64,000 nucleotides of DNA from an uncultured delta proteobacterium (GTDB taxonomy: Bacteria > Myxococcota > Kuafuiibacteriia > Kuafuiibacteriales > Kuafuiibacteriaceae). The notes under the pieces are model-generated. The model ran no database searches. It saw only the letters and a program-made list of their open reading frames with translations, and was not told where the DNA came from. Positions 28,428 to 38,145 of this stretch are shown here, piece after piece. The stretch lies in the NCBI GenBank assembly GCA_963803435.1, contig CAWDML010000009.1:64001-128000 (forward strand). Reading direction: 5' to 3'. A program made the position numbers and the translations under genes. Numbering within the stretch: the first letter of the stretch is position 1; each line of letters begins with the position of its first letter.

Positions 28428-31400
28428 ATGAACAAATCCGCACTCCCCCTCCTCGCCCTTCCGCTCGTCCTGGTGCTCGGTTGTCCCGAAGGCGGGACCT
28501 TGCCGCCGGGCCAAGACGCCGGACCCGACCTCCCGGACGCCGTGGTGATCGGCCCGCGCGACGCCGGTCCGACCGATACCGCGGTCCGCGTGCCCACCGC
28601 CAGCGCGGTCAGCCCGGCCCGGGGGCCCCAGTCCGGCGGCACGCGGGTCACGATCCGCGGCTCCAACTTCACCGAGCCCGCCGAGGTCCGCTTCGACGGT
28701 GTCTCGGCCACCAGCGTGGTCGTGCTCGACGAGGTCTCGATCGCGGCCACCACGCCGCCCCACCCGATCGGCCCGGTCACCGTCGAGGTGACCACCGAGG
28801 GCGGTACCGCCGAGCTTCCCGACGGCTTCACCTTCCACCGCGAGATCCGCCTCGACGCCATCGAGCCGGCGCGGATCCCGGACGAGGGCGGTGTCGCGCT
28901 GACCCTCACCGGCAAGGGCTTCGACGAGAACACGATCGTGCTCATGGATCGCCGGCCGATCCGGGGGCTGCGCGTGGTCAGCGACACCGAGATGACCGGC
29001 TACTCGCCGCGCCTGACGCCGGGACGGCCCGACGTCCGCGTGATGAATCCGGACGCCGAGGCGCGCCGGGCCGACGTGGTCGTGGTGTTCGGAACGCCCG
29101 ACCTCACCGGCGCGCTGCCCGGCTACGGCCCGATCGGAGGACGCGCCGCCCAGGAGATCCAGGGGGACGGCCTCGCCGACGCCGAGCGGGTCACCTTCGG
29201 CGCGACGCCGGCGGGCGCGTTCACGCTGGAGACGAACGCGCTCCTCAGCGCGGAGGCGCCGGCCCTGGCCGAGGGCGCCTACGACCTCACGGTCGCCAAC
29301 GACGACGCCAGCGGCACGCTGGCCGGCGGCTACATCGCGTTCGATCCGGCGGCGCCCGGGATCGCCGTTCTCGGCGTGCAGCCGGCACGCATCGCCGAGG
29401 GCAGCAGCGCCACCGTCACGGTGGTCGGACGTCGCTTCGGCCTCTCCCCCCAGCTCGCGATCGACGGTGTGCGCGTCCCGCTGATCGAGGGCAATGACAA
29501 CGCCGTCACCGTGATGCTCCCGCAGTCGCTGGCGCTCGGTCCTCACGACGTCACCGTCCTCAACGGGGCGCTGCAGGACACCCTGGCCGGCGGTCTCACG
29601 GTCTATGCACCCATGGAGGTCCTGGGCCTCAGCCCGAATCGCGGCCCGGTGGCCGGCGGCACCACCGTCACGCTCACCGGCTCTGGCTTCATCAGCGGCG
29701 CCGAGGTGCGCATCGCGGACGTCCCGCTCGCCGACGTCGTCGTGGTGAGCGACACCCAGATCATCGCCACCACGGTCGCCGGCGCCGGCGGCACCTACGA
29801 CGTGGTCGTCCGCGCCGGCTCGGAGACCGCCGTCCTCGCCGGCGGGTTCACGTTCACCGAGCCCTTCCAGATCGTCCGGATCGATCCGAGCGAAGGCTCG
29901 GTCGCCGGCAACACCTACGTCTCGATCTTCGGGCGTGGCTTCACCTCGCCCGCCGCCGTCACCTTCGGCGGCGTCGACGCGGCCGCCGTGCAGCTCGAGA
30001 ACGGCTCGGTCATCGGCGCCCGCACCCAGCCGGCGCGCCCAGGCGCGGTGGACATCCAGGTCGACTCGGGCTCGGAGGATCAGCTCCTCCCGAAGGCGTT
30101 CAACTTCTACGATCCGCGCCTCCTGACCGGCGGCGCCTGGGGTGGGCCCGTCGACGGCTCCATCAACGTCGCCGTGCAGACGTTCGACGGCACGCCACTG
30201 CCCGGAATGGTGGTGCAGCTCGGGTTCGGCGCCGATCTCCGCTACACCGCCGTCACCGACGAAAACGGCGAGGCCACCGTGAGCAGCCCCGAGATCCGAG
30301 GCGCGCAGACGGTGACCGTAGGCGCGCCCGGCGTCGAGTTCGTGACCTACTATGAGGTCGACGCGAGGAACCTCACCATGTTCGCCAGCCCCTACCCGCA
30401 GTCGATGCCGCCCGACGCGCCGATCTCGCCCTGCCCGATGCCCGCGCAGGCGCCGGTGGTGACCGGCAAGATCTTCAAGTTCAAGTCGGCGCTCGATCCG
30501 GTGACGCGCCCGGGCTGGGTCGCGGTCGCCCGGATCACGTACACGCAGCCGAACATCTTCTCCCAGAACCCGCCGGATCCGCCCGAGCAGTTCGACTTCG
30601 TGTTCACGGACGGCGGCGAGTATCAGATCGTGGTGCTGCGGCTCGGGACCGTCGCCGTCTACGCGACGCTCGGCGATCTCAACCCTGAGACGCAGGAGTT
30701 CATCCCGCGCCGGATGGGCATCGCGCGGAACGTCCCGGTGGCGATCGCGACCACCACCGAAGGGATCAACATCTCGCTCGACATCGATCTGAACCAGACC
30801 ACGCGAATCCGGATGGACGGACCGCCCGAGCAGAAGCCGGGTCCCTCCCTCAACGCCGTGCTGCCGTTCCTCAACCTGCAGTCGGAGGGCGTGATCCCCT
30901 TCCCGCAGTTCTTCGGCGCCGGCGACGTGATCGTGAACAGCCTGCCCGATCTCCCGGAGTCGCAGTTCATCTACTGGGGCGGATCGTTCACCAACGCCGG
31001 CGGGCAGCTGGGCGCGCCCTACTCGCTGGCGGTCGTGAAGACAGCGTCGCCGTTCGAGGAGGGCGTCGACCTGGGGCCGTTCGTCCAGATGCCTCAGAAC
31101 GTGAGCCCGAAGCCGAACCAGCTCCTCGAGAATGGGGTGGTCCGCTGGGATCTCAGCGGGGTGCGGCCCGACATCACCACCATCAACGTGGTGGACGTGA
31201 CCTCGGTCGGCGGCTGCTGCTGCGGCGACGCCAACATGAACGGGCAGTGCGAGGACTCGGAGCCGCGGATGTGCGGTTCCCTCCCGCAGCAGTTCAACCG
31301 CTGGACGCTGTTCGGCGAGGGCGGCCTGGCCAGCTACGCGCTCCCGCGGATGCCCTCGGGGATCGTGGCGTTCGACGCGCCGAACGTGTACCCGTGGCTG

Positions 31401-31526
31401 GTGCAGATGGCGGTGGCACCGCGCTTCAACTACCACGAGTTCATCTACAACCAGTTCTCGCAGTACTTCTGGCAGAGCTGGTCGTTCTGGTTCTCGCAGT
31501 TCACGGTCAAGGAAGAGACCGACTAG
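28428..31526 (+). CDS. Large IPT/TIG-repeat lipoprotein
   Basis: Lipobox VLGC; about six repeats like VSPARGPQSGGTRVTIRGSNF; C-terminal beta-rich region. Confidence 0.88.
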   Translation: MNKSALPLLALPLVLVLGCPEGGTLPPGQDAGPDLPDAVVIGPRDAGPTDTAVRVPTASAVSPARGPQSGGTRVTIRGSNFTEPAEVRFDGVSATSVVVLDEVSIAATTPPHPIGPVTVEVTTEGGTAELPDGFTFHREIRLDAIEPARIPDEGGVALTLTGKGFDENTIVLMDRRPIRGLRVVSDTEMTGYSPRLTPGRPDVRVMNPDAEARRADVVVVFGTPDLTGALPGYGPIGGRAAQEIQGDGLADAERVTFGATPAGAFTLETNALLSAEAPALAEGAYDLTVANDDASGTLAGGYIAFDPAAPGIAVLGVQPARIAEGSSATVTVVGRRFGLSPQLAIDGVRVPLIEGNDNAVTVMLPQSLALGPHDVTVLNGALQDTLAGGLTVYAPMEVLGLSPNRGPVAGGTTVTLTGSGFISGAEVRIADVPLADVVVVSDTQIIATTVAGAGGTYDVVVRAGSETAVLAGGFTFTEPFQIVRIDPSEGSVAGNTYVSIFGRGFTSPAAVTFGGVDAAAVQLENGSVIGARTQPARPGAVDIQVDSGSEDQLLPKAFNFYDPRLLTGGAWGGPVDGSINVAVQTFDGTPLPGMVVQLGFGADLRYTAVTDENGEATVSSPEIRGAQTVTVGAPGVEFVTYYEVDARNLTMFASPYPQSMPPDAPISPCPMPAQAPVVTGKIFKFKSALDPVTRPGWVAVARITYTQPNIFSQNPPDPPEQFDFVFTDGGEYQIVVLRLGTVAVYATLGDLNPETQEFIPRRMGIARNVPVAIATTTEGINISLDIDLNQTTRIRMDGPPEQKPGPSLNAVLPFLNLQSEGVIPFPQFFGAGDVIVNSLPDLPESQFIYWGGSFTNAGGQLGAPYSLAVVKTASPFEEGVDLGPFVQMPQNVSPKPNQLLENGVVRWDLSGVRPDITTINVVDVTSVGGCCCGDANMNGQCEDSEPRMCGSLPQQFNRWTLFGEGGLASYALPRMPSGIVAFDAPNVYPWLVQMAVAPRFNYHEFIYNQFSQYFWQSWSFWFSQFTVKEETD

Positions 31527-31536
31527 CCTCAACTCC

Positions 31537-32751
31537 ATGCGCGCGTTCAACATCATCGGCTCGGTCGCGCTGGCGGCCTTGGCGCTCGCCGGCTGCAAGG
31601 GCGGCTCGAGCTCGCTCACCTGCGAGTCCGACGCGGACTGCACGCTTCCGGGGACGCGCTGCAGCGCGGAGACCAAGCTCTGCATCTGCACGACCGACGA
31701 GTCGTGCCTCGACGGCTTCTTCTGCAACAACGCCGGCGTCTGTCAGGAGCGATCGGGCTGCACCACGAACCCGGACTGTGCCGAGGGCACGTTCTGCGAC
31801 ATCGCCAGCGGCCAGTGTCTCGTGGGTCCACCGACGGGGATCGGCGGCGCCTGCGGCCTGGCCTCCCACTGCCCCTACGGGACGATCTGCACCGACGGCA
31901 CCTGCGTCGCGGGCTGTTTCGACGATGGCGATTGCGTGCTGGGACAGATCTGCTTCGACGGTCAGTGCGCGACGGGTCAGGACGTGTGCAGCAACGACGC
32001 CTTCTGCGATTACGGTGAGCGTTGCCAGAACCTGAGCTGCGTGGAGGACCACCGGGGACCGTACTGCCGTGGCTGCTCGCAGCCTTCCCTGCAGAACCCG
32101 ACGCCGTGCGATCAGCCGCGCAACTTCTGCCTGGTGAACAGCCTGGAGGCCGCGGGCCATGCGGAGATCTGCGGCGTCGACTGCTCGCTCGGCCAATCCT
32201 GTCCGAACGGCTACGCCTGCCACGACGTCGTCATCCTGACCCGTCAGGTCTGCCACAACACAGCCGAGTGTCAGTGCAGCCAGAGCCCGGCCTTCGCCGG
32301 AAGCTGCAGCGTCGCGCTCCCCTGTCAGCCGGAGGTGGGCTCGACCTTCTGTCGCTACGACGGTCACCCGGACTGCGGGGAGAACGCGGCCTGTCTGGTC
32401 GCCACCGGCACCACCTCCGGATCCTGCACCTGCGCCAGCGACGACGACTGCGGCGGCGGTGCCACCTGCGTCGCCCAGCTCTGCTGTCCTGCCACCGCCG
32501 AGGTCCGGATCGATCGCGAGTGCGCGATCGGAGAGAACCGGGTCTCCGGTTTCTGCACCTGTGCGACCGACGACGATTGCCCGCGCGACTCTTGCGACGG
32601 CTCCAGCGGAACCTGTGCCATCACCGGCCTGCCGTGCACTCCGGGCGCGAACGACTGCGGCCCGATCTCCTGCGTCGAAGGCGGGTGCATCATCGGGCAG
32701 AATTGTGCCCCCGAGCAGGGTCTGACCTGTACGGTGGTCGGGGGAAGATGA
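31537..32751 (+). CDS. Cysteine-rich repeat lipoprotein (paralog of 35297-36478)
   Basis: Lipobox LAGC; many CxxDxDC modules. Confidence 0.85.
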   Translation: MRAFNIIGSVALAALALAGCKGGSSSLTCESDADCTLPGTRCSAETKLCICTTDESCLDGFFCNNAGVCQERSGCTTNPDCAEGTFCDIASGQCLVGPPTGIGGACGLASHCPYGTICTDGTCVAGCFDDGDCVLGQICFDGQCATGQDVCSNDAFCDYGERCQNLSCVEDHRGPYCRGCSQPSLQNPTPCDQPRNFCLVNSLEAAGHAEICGVDCSLGQSCPNGYACHDVVILTRQVCHNTAECQCSQSPAFAGSCSVALPCQPEVGSTFCRYDGHPDCGENAACLVATGTTSGSCTCASDDDCGGGATCVAQLCCPATAEVRIDRECAIGENRVSGFCTCATDDDCPRDSCDGSSGTCAITGLPCTPGANDCGPISCVEGGCIIGQNCAPEQGLTCTVVGGR

Positions 32752-33245
32752 GCGCTGGCGCCGAGGACGACCTCACACGCGTTGAACGGATCCGCCGGCG
32801 GCGATCGGTCCAGGCGGCCAACGCGGCCCTCACCGCCATCGTGTCGGTTCAGCTCGCCTTCGCTGCGTTTGCGATCGGGCACGCCCTCGGCCCCGCGCCC
32901 ATGCGGCGCATCGAGCTGGTCGCAGGGATCGCGTTATCCTTCCTGCTCGGGATCGCCCTGTCGGTGCCGTTCGTGCGGAGGCGCCTCGAGGCGGGCGCGC
33001 ACCTCAAGGTAGACGTGACGGAAGGGCGCCATCGGAGGAGGGTGCTGGTCTTCGACGATCACTTGGTACTCGATCAAGAGGTGGTGATGTTCGAGCAGCT
33101 GACGTCGGTGGCGCTCGAGGGCAGCCGCCTCGTGGTCAAGTACGAGGACCCGATCCACGGCGGCCCCATGCTCCGCGAGCTAGAGGGATCGATCCCGAGG
33201 CTCGTGCAGCTCGAGGCGGGGATCCAGGAGAGGGGCTCCTCATGA
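32748..33245 (+). CDS. Hypothetical two-TM membrane protein
   Basis: ATGA overlaps with both neighbours; two hydrophobic helices. Confidence 0.65.
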   Translation: MSAGAEDDLTRVERIRRRRSVQAANAALTAIVSVQLAFAAFAIGHALGPAPMRRIELVAGIALSFLLGIALSVPFVRRRLEAGAHLKVDVTEGRHRRRVLVFDDHLVLDQEVVMFEQLTSVALEGSRLVVKYEDPIHGGPMLRELEGSIPRLVQLEAGIQERGSS

Positions 33246-34394
33246 AGTGGGTCTCCGCGATTCTCGGACGAACCCAACCACAAGAGCGCGGTCGAGGCCG
33301 CGGTCGAGTCGGTGAAAGAGGTCGTCCCGGATCCGGATTTGGTGCTCCTGTTCGTCTCGCCGCACTTCGCCTCCTCGTTCGACGGAGTGCTCGAGGGCGT
33401 GCGCGAGGCATTCCCCGACGCCGCGCTGATCGGCTGCTCCGGCGGCGGCATCATCGGCAACGGAGTCGAGGTCGAGTCCAACCCGGCGGTCTCCATCACG
33501 GCCGCCGTGCTCCCCGGCGTGAACTTGGTCCTGAGGCACCTCGATGAGCCGGAGGAGAGCGCCGAGGACTGGTATGAGCTCCTCGAGATGCAGCCGGAGG
33601 AGAAGCCGATCTTCATCCTGCTCCCGGATCCGTTCACCTTTCCCGCGGACGATCTGATCGCAGGGCTCGACGAGGCGTTCCCAGGATCGATCAAGATCGG
33701 CGGGCTCGCCAGCGGCGGCACGTTTCCCGGCGCGCACGGGCTCTTCCTCGACGACGATCTCCACCACACCGGCGCCGTGTTGCTCGCGCTGACGGGCAAC
33801 GTCGAGGTGGACACGATCATCGCGCAGGGATGCCGGCCCATCGGACAGCCCATGCTGATCACGCGCTGCGAGGGCAACGTGGTGTTCGAGCTGAGCAGCC
33901 GGCCCGCTCTCGAGACCATGAAGTCGCTGTACGGCTCGCTCGAGGAGGAAGATCGCGAGCTCTTCGGAAACTCGCTGTTCGTCGGGATCGAGATGAAGGA
34001 TCAGGTCGAGTACCACGCAGGTGACTTCCTGGTGCGCAACATCGTCGGCTTCGATCCCAAGAGCGGCGCCCTCGCGATCGCCGCCGAGCCCAAACAGTGG
34101 CAGGCGATGCAGTTTCACCTGCGGGACGCGCGCACCTCCCGCGACGACCTCGGGCGCATGCTCGGGCGTTATGACGGCAGGGAGGCCAGCGGCGCGCTCC
34201 TGTTCTCCTGCCTGGGGCGGGGCGTCGGGTTGTACGGCGAGCGGAGCCACGACTCCCGGCAGTTCCGGGCCCGCATCGGCGACGTCCCGCTCGGCGGCTT
34301 CTTCTGCAGCGGTGAGATCGGACCGATCGGCGGCACGACCTTCCTGCACGGGTACACCAGCGCGTTCGCGGTGTTTCGACCGAAGGCCTCGTGA
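33242..34394 (+). CDS. FIST signal transduction protein (frameshift at ~33261)
   Basis: IGCSGGGII, IAQGCRPIG, FSCLGRG, GFFCSGEIGP and LHGYT motifs; deleting one T in GATTC (33259-33263) joins MKWVSAISDEP to the main frame. Confidence 0.9.
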
Positions 34395-34401
34395 CGATCG
34401 C

Positions 34402-35052
34402 TCAGTGCAGCTGCGCCGCCGTCACCGTGCTGGTGCGGGGCGCCTGGTCGTAGGCCCAGATCTTCAGGTTGTCGAACCGGACCTTGTTCTGCCAGTTCCC
34501 GAAGGCCAGCCGATCGTGGCCGGGCCCGTCCAGCGGCGAGGCGTCCTCGAACTCGAGGTACGGCTGCCCGTCGATCAGCCAGGCCAGGTGTCCGCCCTTC
34601 TTCTCGATCCGCCACCGGTACCACTTGTTGCCGTTCACACCGGTGGGCTGGTGGACCTTCCGGTCCCTCCCATGCTCGTCGAGCCGCGCGATGCACGACA
34701 GCGAGTTGCTCCATCCGCCGAGGATGAAGATGTAGCCCGACTCGTGCCGGCGCCCGTCGGTCATCAGCTCGACCTTGGAGTCGACCTCGCCGGTCTCGCT
34801 CATGACGTCGACCTCCACCACCACGTCCTTCGGGAGATCCACGTTGAGGAACAGCGGGATGTTGATGGCGTAGATCGAGTAGACCGAGCCCCGGTCGATG
34901 ATCCAGTCGCCGCCGAACCGCGCGTAGTTGTCGCCCAGCGTGGCCCGGTCGAAGTCGTCCGAGAACGGGACCTGGGCCGTGGCCCTGGTGGGATCAGCGG
35001 TGCAGGCGAGACAGGCGAGGCAGGGCAGGCAGAGCAGAAGGGCGGCTCTCAT
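34402..35052 (-). CDS. Hypothetical lipoprotein, concanavalin A-like beta-sandwich
   Basis: Lipoprotein signal; FSDDFDR start and VRFDNLKIW end typical of ConA-like domains. Confidence 0.7.
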   Translation of the reverse strand: MRAALLLCLPCLACLACTADPTRATAQVPFSDDFDRATLGDNYARFGGDWIIDRGSVYSIYAINIPLFLNVDLPKDVVVEVDVMSETGEVDSKVELMTDGRRHESGYIFILGGWSNSLSCIARLDEHGRDRKVHQPTGVNGNKWYRWRIEKKGGHLAWLIDGQPYLEFEDASPLDGPGHDRLAFGNWQNKVRFDNLKIWAYDQAPRTSTVTAAQLH

Positions 35053-35090
35053 CGCGCTCGAACCGTTACCATGATGGGCCCGCTTAGCGA

Positions 35091-35291
35091 CAATGCCGTT
35101 TACCTAGAGATCCTCCGCCGACAGGCAAGGGCCAAAGGCCCGCGCAGTGAGCCGGAGGCGAACGTCGGGTCACAAGGCGAACTTGCTTCGCCGTTAAGTG
35201 ACCAGGCAAGGGCCAAAGGCCCGCGCAGTGAGCCGGAGGCGAACGTCGGGTCACAAGGCGAACTTGCTTCGCCGTTAAGTGACCAGTATTG
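35091..35291. mobile_element. IS4-family-like MITE (201 bp)
   Basis: 12-bp direct repeat CCCGCTTAGCGA at 35079-35090 and 35292-35303; imperfect terminal inverted repeats CAATGCCGTTTACCTAG / CAATACTGGTCACTTAA (11/17). Confidence 0.65.
35122..35286. repeat. Perfect 81-bp tandem duplication inside the MITE
   Basis: Unit CAGGCAAGGGCC...CCGTTAAGTGAC starts at 35122 and 35203. Confidence 0.9.
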
Positions 35292-35296
35292 CCCGC

Positions 35297-36478
35297 TTAG
35301 CGAACGTCGGTGCAGAGGAGGCCCTCGTCGGGGGCGCAGGCGGCGCCGAGGAGGCATCCGCCGTTGACGCAGGGCGGGTTGCACTCGGAACCGGTCTGAC
35401 AAGGACGGCCCGTGTTGATGCACGATCCGCCGAGGCAGAGGCAGTCCGCGCCGCTGCCGCAGGAGCTGCCGTCGGTGATGCACCTGTTCTGCTGACAGAG
35501 CGGGAGCGGCTGGCACTCGCTGTCGTTCGTGCAGGCGCGGCCCGCCGGGTTCTGGCAGGTGAACTGGCACGTGGTGAGGCACTCGCCGTCCGTGGTGCAG
35601 GGCGTGATGCCGAGGCCGCCGCAGCTGCCGAGGCAGGTGGGCGGGACGTTCTCGAACGCGCAGTCCTGATCGTCGACGCAGGAGCAGAAGCCGCGAAGGT
35701 CGCCCTCGCCGAGGAAGCAGCGGCGGCCCTCGCCGCCGCACTCGGAGTCGTTGACGCATTGATCCTGCGTCAGCAGCACCACCCCGCCGCAGTTGTACCC
35801 GTTCGGGCAGGCCGTCTCGACCTGGGGGTCGCACTCGACGCCGCAGAAGGTCTGGTAGCTCGAGCGCGGGTTCTGCGGATCGTAGGCCGAGTTGACCAGG
35901 CAGAAGTTCCGCCCACCGTCCCCGCAGTCCTGGTTGCCGTTGCAGTCGAGCGAGCAGAAGTTCGGGTCGGGATCGACGCTGCACGCGTTGCCCACGCAGT
36001 CGCTCCCGAAGTCGCAGAAGCTCTTGTCGTCACACTTACCGGCCAGGCACGAACCCAAGGTCGTGGGCGTGCCGCCCTGACAGATCGTGTACAGCGGACA
36101 GTCGCCCGTGTCGTGGCAGCCGTCGACGCAGCGGTTGCCCTCGCAGACCGTCCCCGGAAGGCAGTGGACGTCGCTGCCGCAGGCGGTTCGATCGATGCAC
36201 GCGCCCGTTCCGACGTCGCAGAACTTGGCGGCCTCGCAGTCGGCGTTGCTCCGGCAGCCCGCCCGCTTCTGACAGATGCCCTGCGAGTTGCACACCTCGC
36301 CCGGGTCGCAGGCCTCGTCGCTCCGGCACACGCAGATTCCGGTCCCGCTGCTCTGGCTGATCTTGCAGGCGGATCCCACCGGGCACTCGCCGTTCTTCTG
36401 GCACTCGCCGGTGAACCTGCCGGTGTCCGTACAACCGAGCAGGACCAAGAGCGCGAGGGGCAGGGACTTGGGGGACAC
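35297..36478 (-). CDS. Cysteine-rich repeat lipoprotein (paralog of 31537-32751)
   Basis: Lipobox LLGC; shares NFCLVNS, CPNGY and CAPxxGLxC motifs with the paralog. Confidence 0.85.
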   Translation of the reverse strand: MSPKSLPLALLVLLGCTDTGRFTGECQKNGECPVGSACKISQSSGTGICVCRSDEACDPGEVCNSQGICQKRAGCRSNADCEAAKFCDVGTGACIDRTACGSDVHCLPGTVCEGNRCVDGCHDTGDCPLYTICQGGTPTTLGSCLAGKCDDKSFCDFGSDCVGNACSVDPDPNFCSLDCNGNQDCGDGGRNFCLVNSAYDPQNPRSSYQTFCGVECDPQVETACPNGYNCGGVVLLTQDQCVNDSECGGEGRRCFLGEGDLRGFCSCVDDQDCAFENVPPTCLGSCGGLGITPCTTDGECLTTCQFTCQNPAGRACTNDSECQPLPLCQQNRCITDGSSCGSGADCLCLGGSCINTGRPCQTGSECNPPCVNGGCLLGAACAPDEGLLCTDVR

Positions 36479-36487
36479 GCGGAGCTC

Positions 36488-38038
36488 CTACTGGAGGTTG
36501 GCGTCGCAGGCGAGGGCCATGTCCCCGGGCGCGCGGGTATAGGCCACGCTGATGGTGGCGTCCGTGGGGGGCACGTAGGTGCCGTCGAAGAAGATGGCGT
36601 TGGCGCTGCCGTCGTAGACCCAGCCGGTGCCGCGGTCGTTCGGGATGGCCGCGCCGTTCACGCGGACGCAGACGGAGGCCTCGGTGTCGCACTGATCGTC
36701 GGCCACGCCCGCGGCGCAGCACGGGATCTTCTGCGCACAGTCCGGGTACTTCGTCAGGGCGAACTTCCGCGCCAGCCCGGCTGCCTCGAAGCCGAGCGAT
36801 CCGAGGACGGTGCCGTAGTCCGGCTCGCAGATCGATCCGAAGACGCCCGTGTCTCCCAGGAGCTGGAGGAACCGATCGGCGGGCAGCGCGCAGGTGGTGT
36901 TCTCGCAGGTGATGCAGCCGGCGTCGCCGCACTTGAAGTTGCCGCAGTCCTGGTCGACCTGGCAGGTCTTGGGCACGCAGATGCCGGGAAGGTCGGGGAC
37001 GGACGTCTTGCAGTCCTCATCGCTCGGGCACTTGAGCCTGGCCGTGTCGCAGACGCGGAACTCGGCGGAGAGGCCGCGCGAGTACATCGATAGGGCCACG
37101 TAGCGAGTGCCGGGGGCGGCGCTCGGATCGGCCGGCGCGGCCGGACATCCGCCGCGGTTCGGGCCCATCGCACCGTCGAGATCGGGATCGCCGACGATGG
37201 CGCTCACCGAGACCACGCCCTCGTTGCCGGCGCCCTTGAGGGTCTCGAAGGCGCGATAGAAGTAGCTGATCTCGCCGAACGAGTTGTCGTCCTCGTCCGA
37301 GACGAAGATCAGGAACAGCGAGGCGTCGGGGCGGATGAAGCCGCTGTTGTCCGGCGGAGGCGCCTTCCAGGTGCCGCTCGTCCGATCCGTGTCGCGTCCG
37401 AGGGCCTGGGCCGCCGCCTGGATCCCGGACTCGCGACCGGAGCCGGCAATCCCCACGCGGACGGCCCGCGAGAACGCGGCGCTCGCGCCGTCGGTGGTGG
37501 CGGTGACGTACGAGAGCGACTGCCCCATGTCGCAGAACGAGTTGGTGGCTTCGCTGTTCGGGTCGTTCGGATCGACGGCGCACTCCTGGTTGTTGCTCAG
37601 GCAGTAGCGATACTTGCCGGCGTTGGGCGACGCGCCCGCCGAGGGGACGCACAGCCCGACGCGGCGGAGCTTGCCCTGATCGAAGCTGTTGAAGATGTCC
37701 GTCGAGATCACGCCGATGTGATAGTCGGGCGGGTTGCACGGTCCGCCGGAGACCAGGCAGGTCTTCGTGGTGAAGTCGCAGACGTCGTTGGCGACGCCGG
37801 TGCCCTGGCAGGTGGTCAGGCCGGTGATGAACCGGTCGAAGTTCTGCGCGAGCGAGGCCTGCTCCTGGACCATCGACTCCGAGTTGTCGACGACCCAGAG
37901 GATGTCGACCAGCGCGGCCGGCTTCTGCTGGAGCTCGTCGACCTGGACCGGCGGATCCGGGACGTGGACCAGCCCGGTGTCATCGTTGCAGGCGCCGGCG
38001 AACAACAGGATGGTGGAGGCAAACCATCGGCTTCGCAT
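36488..38038 (-). CDS. Cys-rich vWA-domain lipoprotein (CglB-like architecture)
   Basis: Lipobox AGAC; MIDAS DILWVVDNSESM, IFVSDEDD and GSICEPDY; C-terminal WVYDGSANAIFF. Confidence 0.8.
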   Translation of the reverse strand: MRSRWFASTILLFAGACNDDTGLVHVPDPPVQVDELQQKPAALVDILWVVDNSESMVQEQASLAQNFDRFITGLTTCQGTGVANDVCDFTTKTCLVSGGPCNPPDYHIGVISTDIFNSFDQGKLRRVGLCVPSAGASPNAGKYRYCLSNNQECAVDPNDPNSEATNSFCDMGQSLSYVTATTDGASAAFSRAVRVGIAGSGRESGIQAAAQALGRDTDRTSGTWKAPPPDNSGFIRPDASLFLIFVSDEDDNSFGEISYFYRAFETLKGAGNEGVVSVSAIVGDPDLDGAMGPNRGGCPAAPADPSAAPGTRYVALSMYSRGLSAEFRVCDTARLKCPSDEDCKTSVPDLPGICVPKTCQVDQDCGNFKCGDAGCITCENTTCALPADRFLQLLGDTGVFGSICEPDYGTVLGSLGFEAAGLARKFALTKYPDCAQKIPCCAAGVADDQCDTEASVCVRVNGAAIPNDRGTGWVYDGSANAIFFDGTYVPPTDATISVAYTRAPGDMALACDANLQ

Positions 38039-38145
38039 GATCTTCCCTATACTCCGTGTCGGAGGCCCGTGGCGTCACTTATCGAACCGCCGTTAGGCTG
38101 TCCATAGGTTGACTGACTTGGGGGAACTGGTTACCCGGCCACCAC

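Noticed and set aside
28341-31730. Long antisense ORFs here and at 40276-43437, 60498-63341 and 22103-24526
   Set aside because: Arg/Gly/Ala-rich shadow frames expected in high-GC DNA, overlapping well-supported genes
35122-35286. Possible CRISPR array
   Set aside because: Two identical adjacent 81-bp units with no spacers and no cas genes; better explained as a duplication within a MITE
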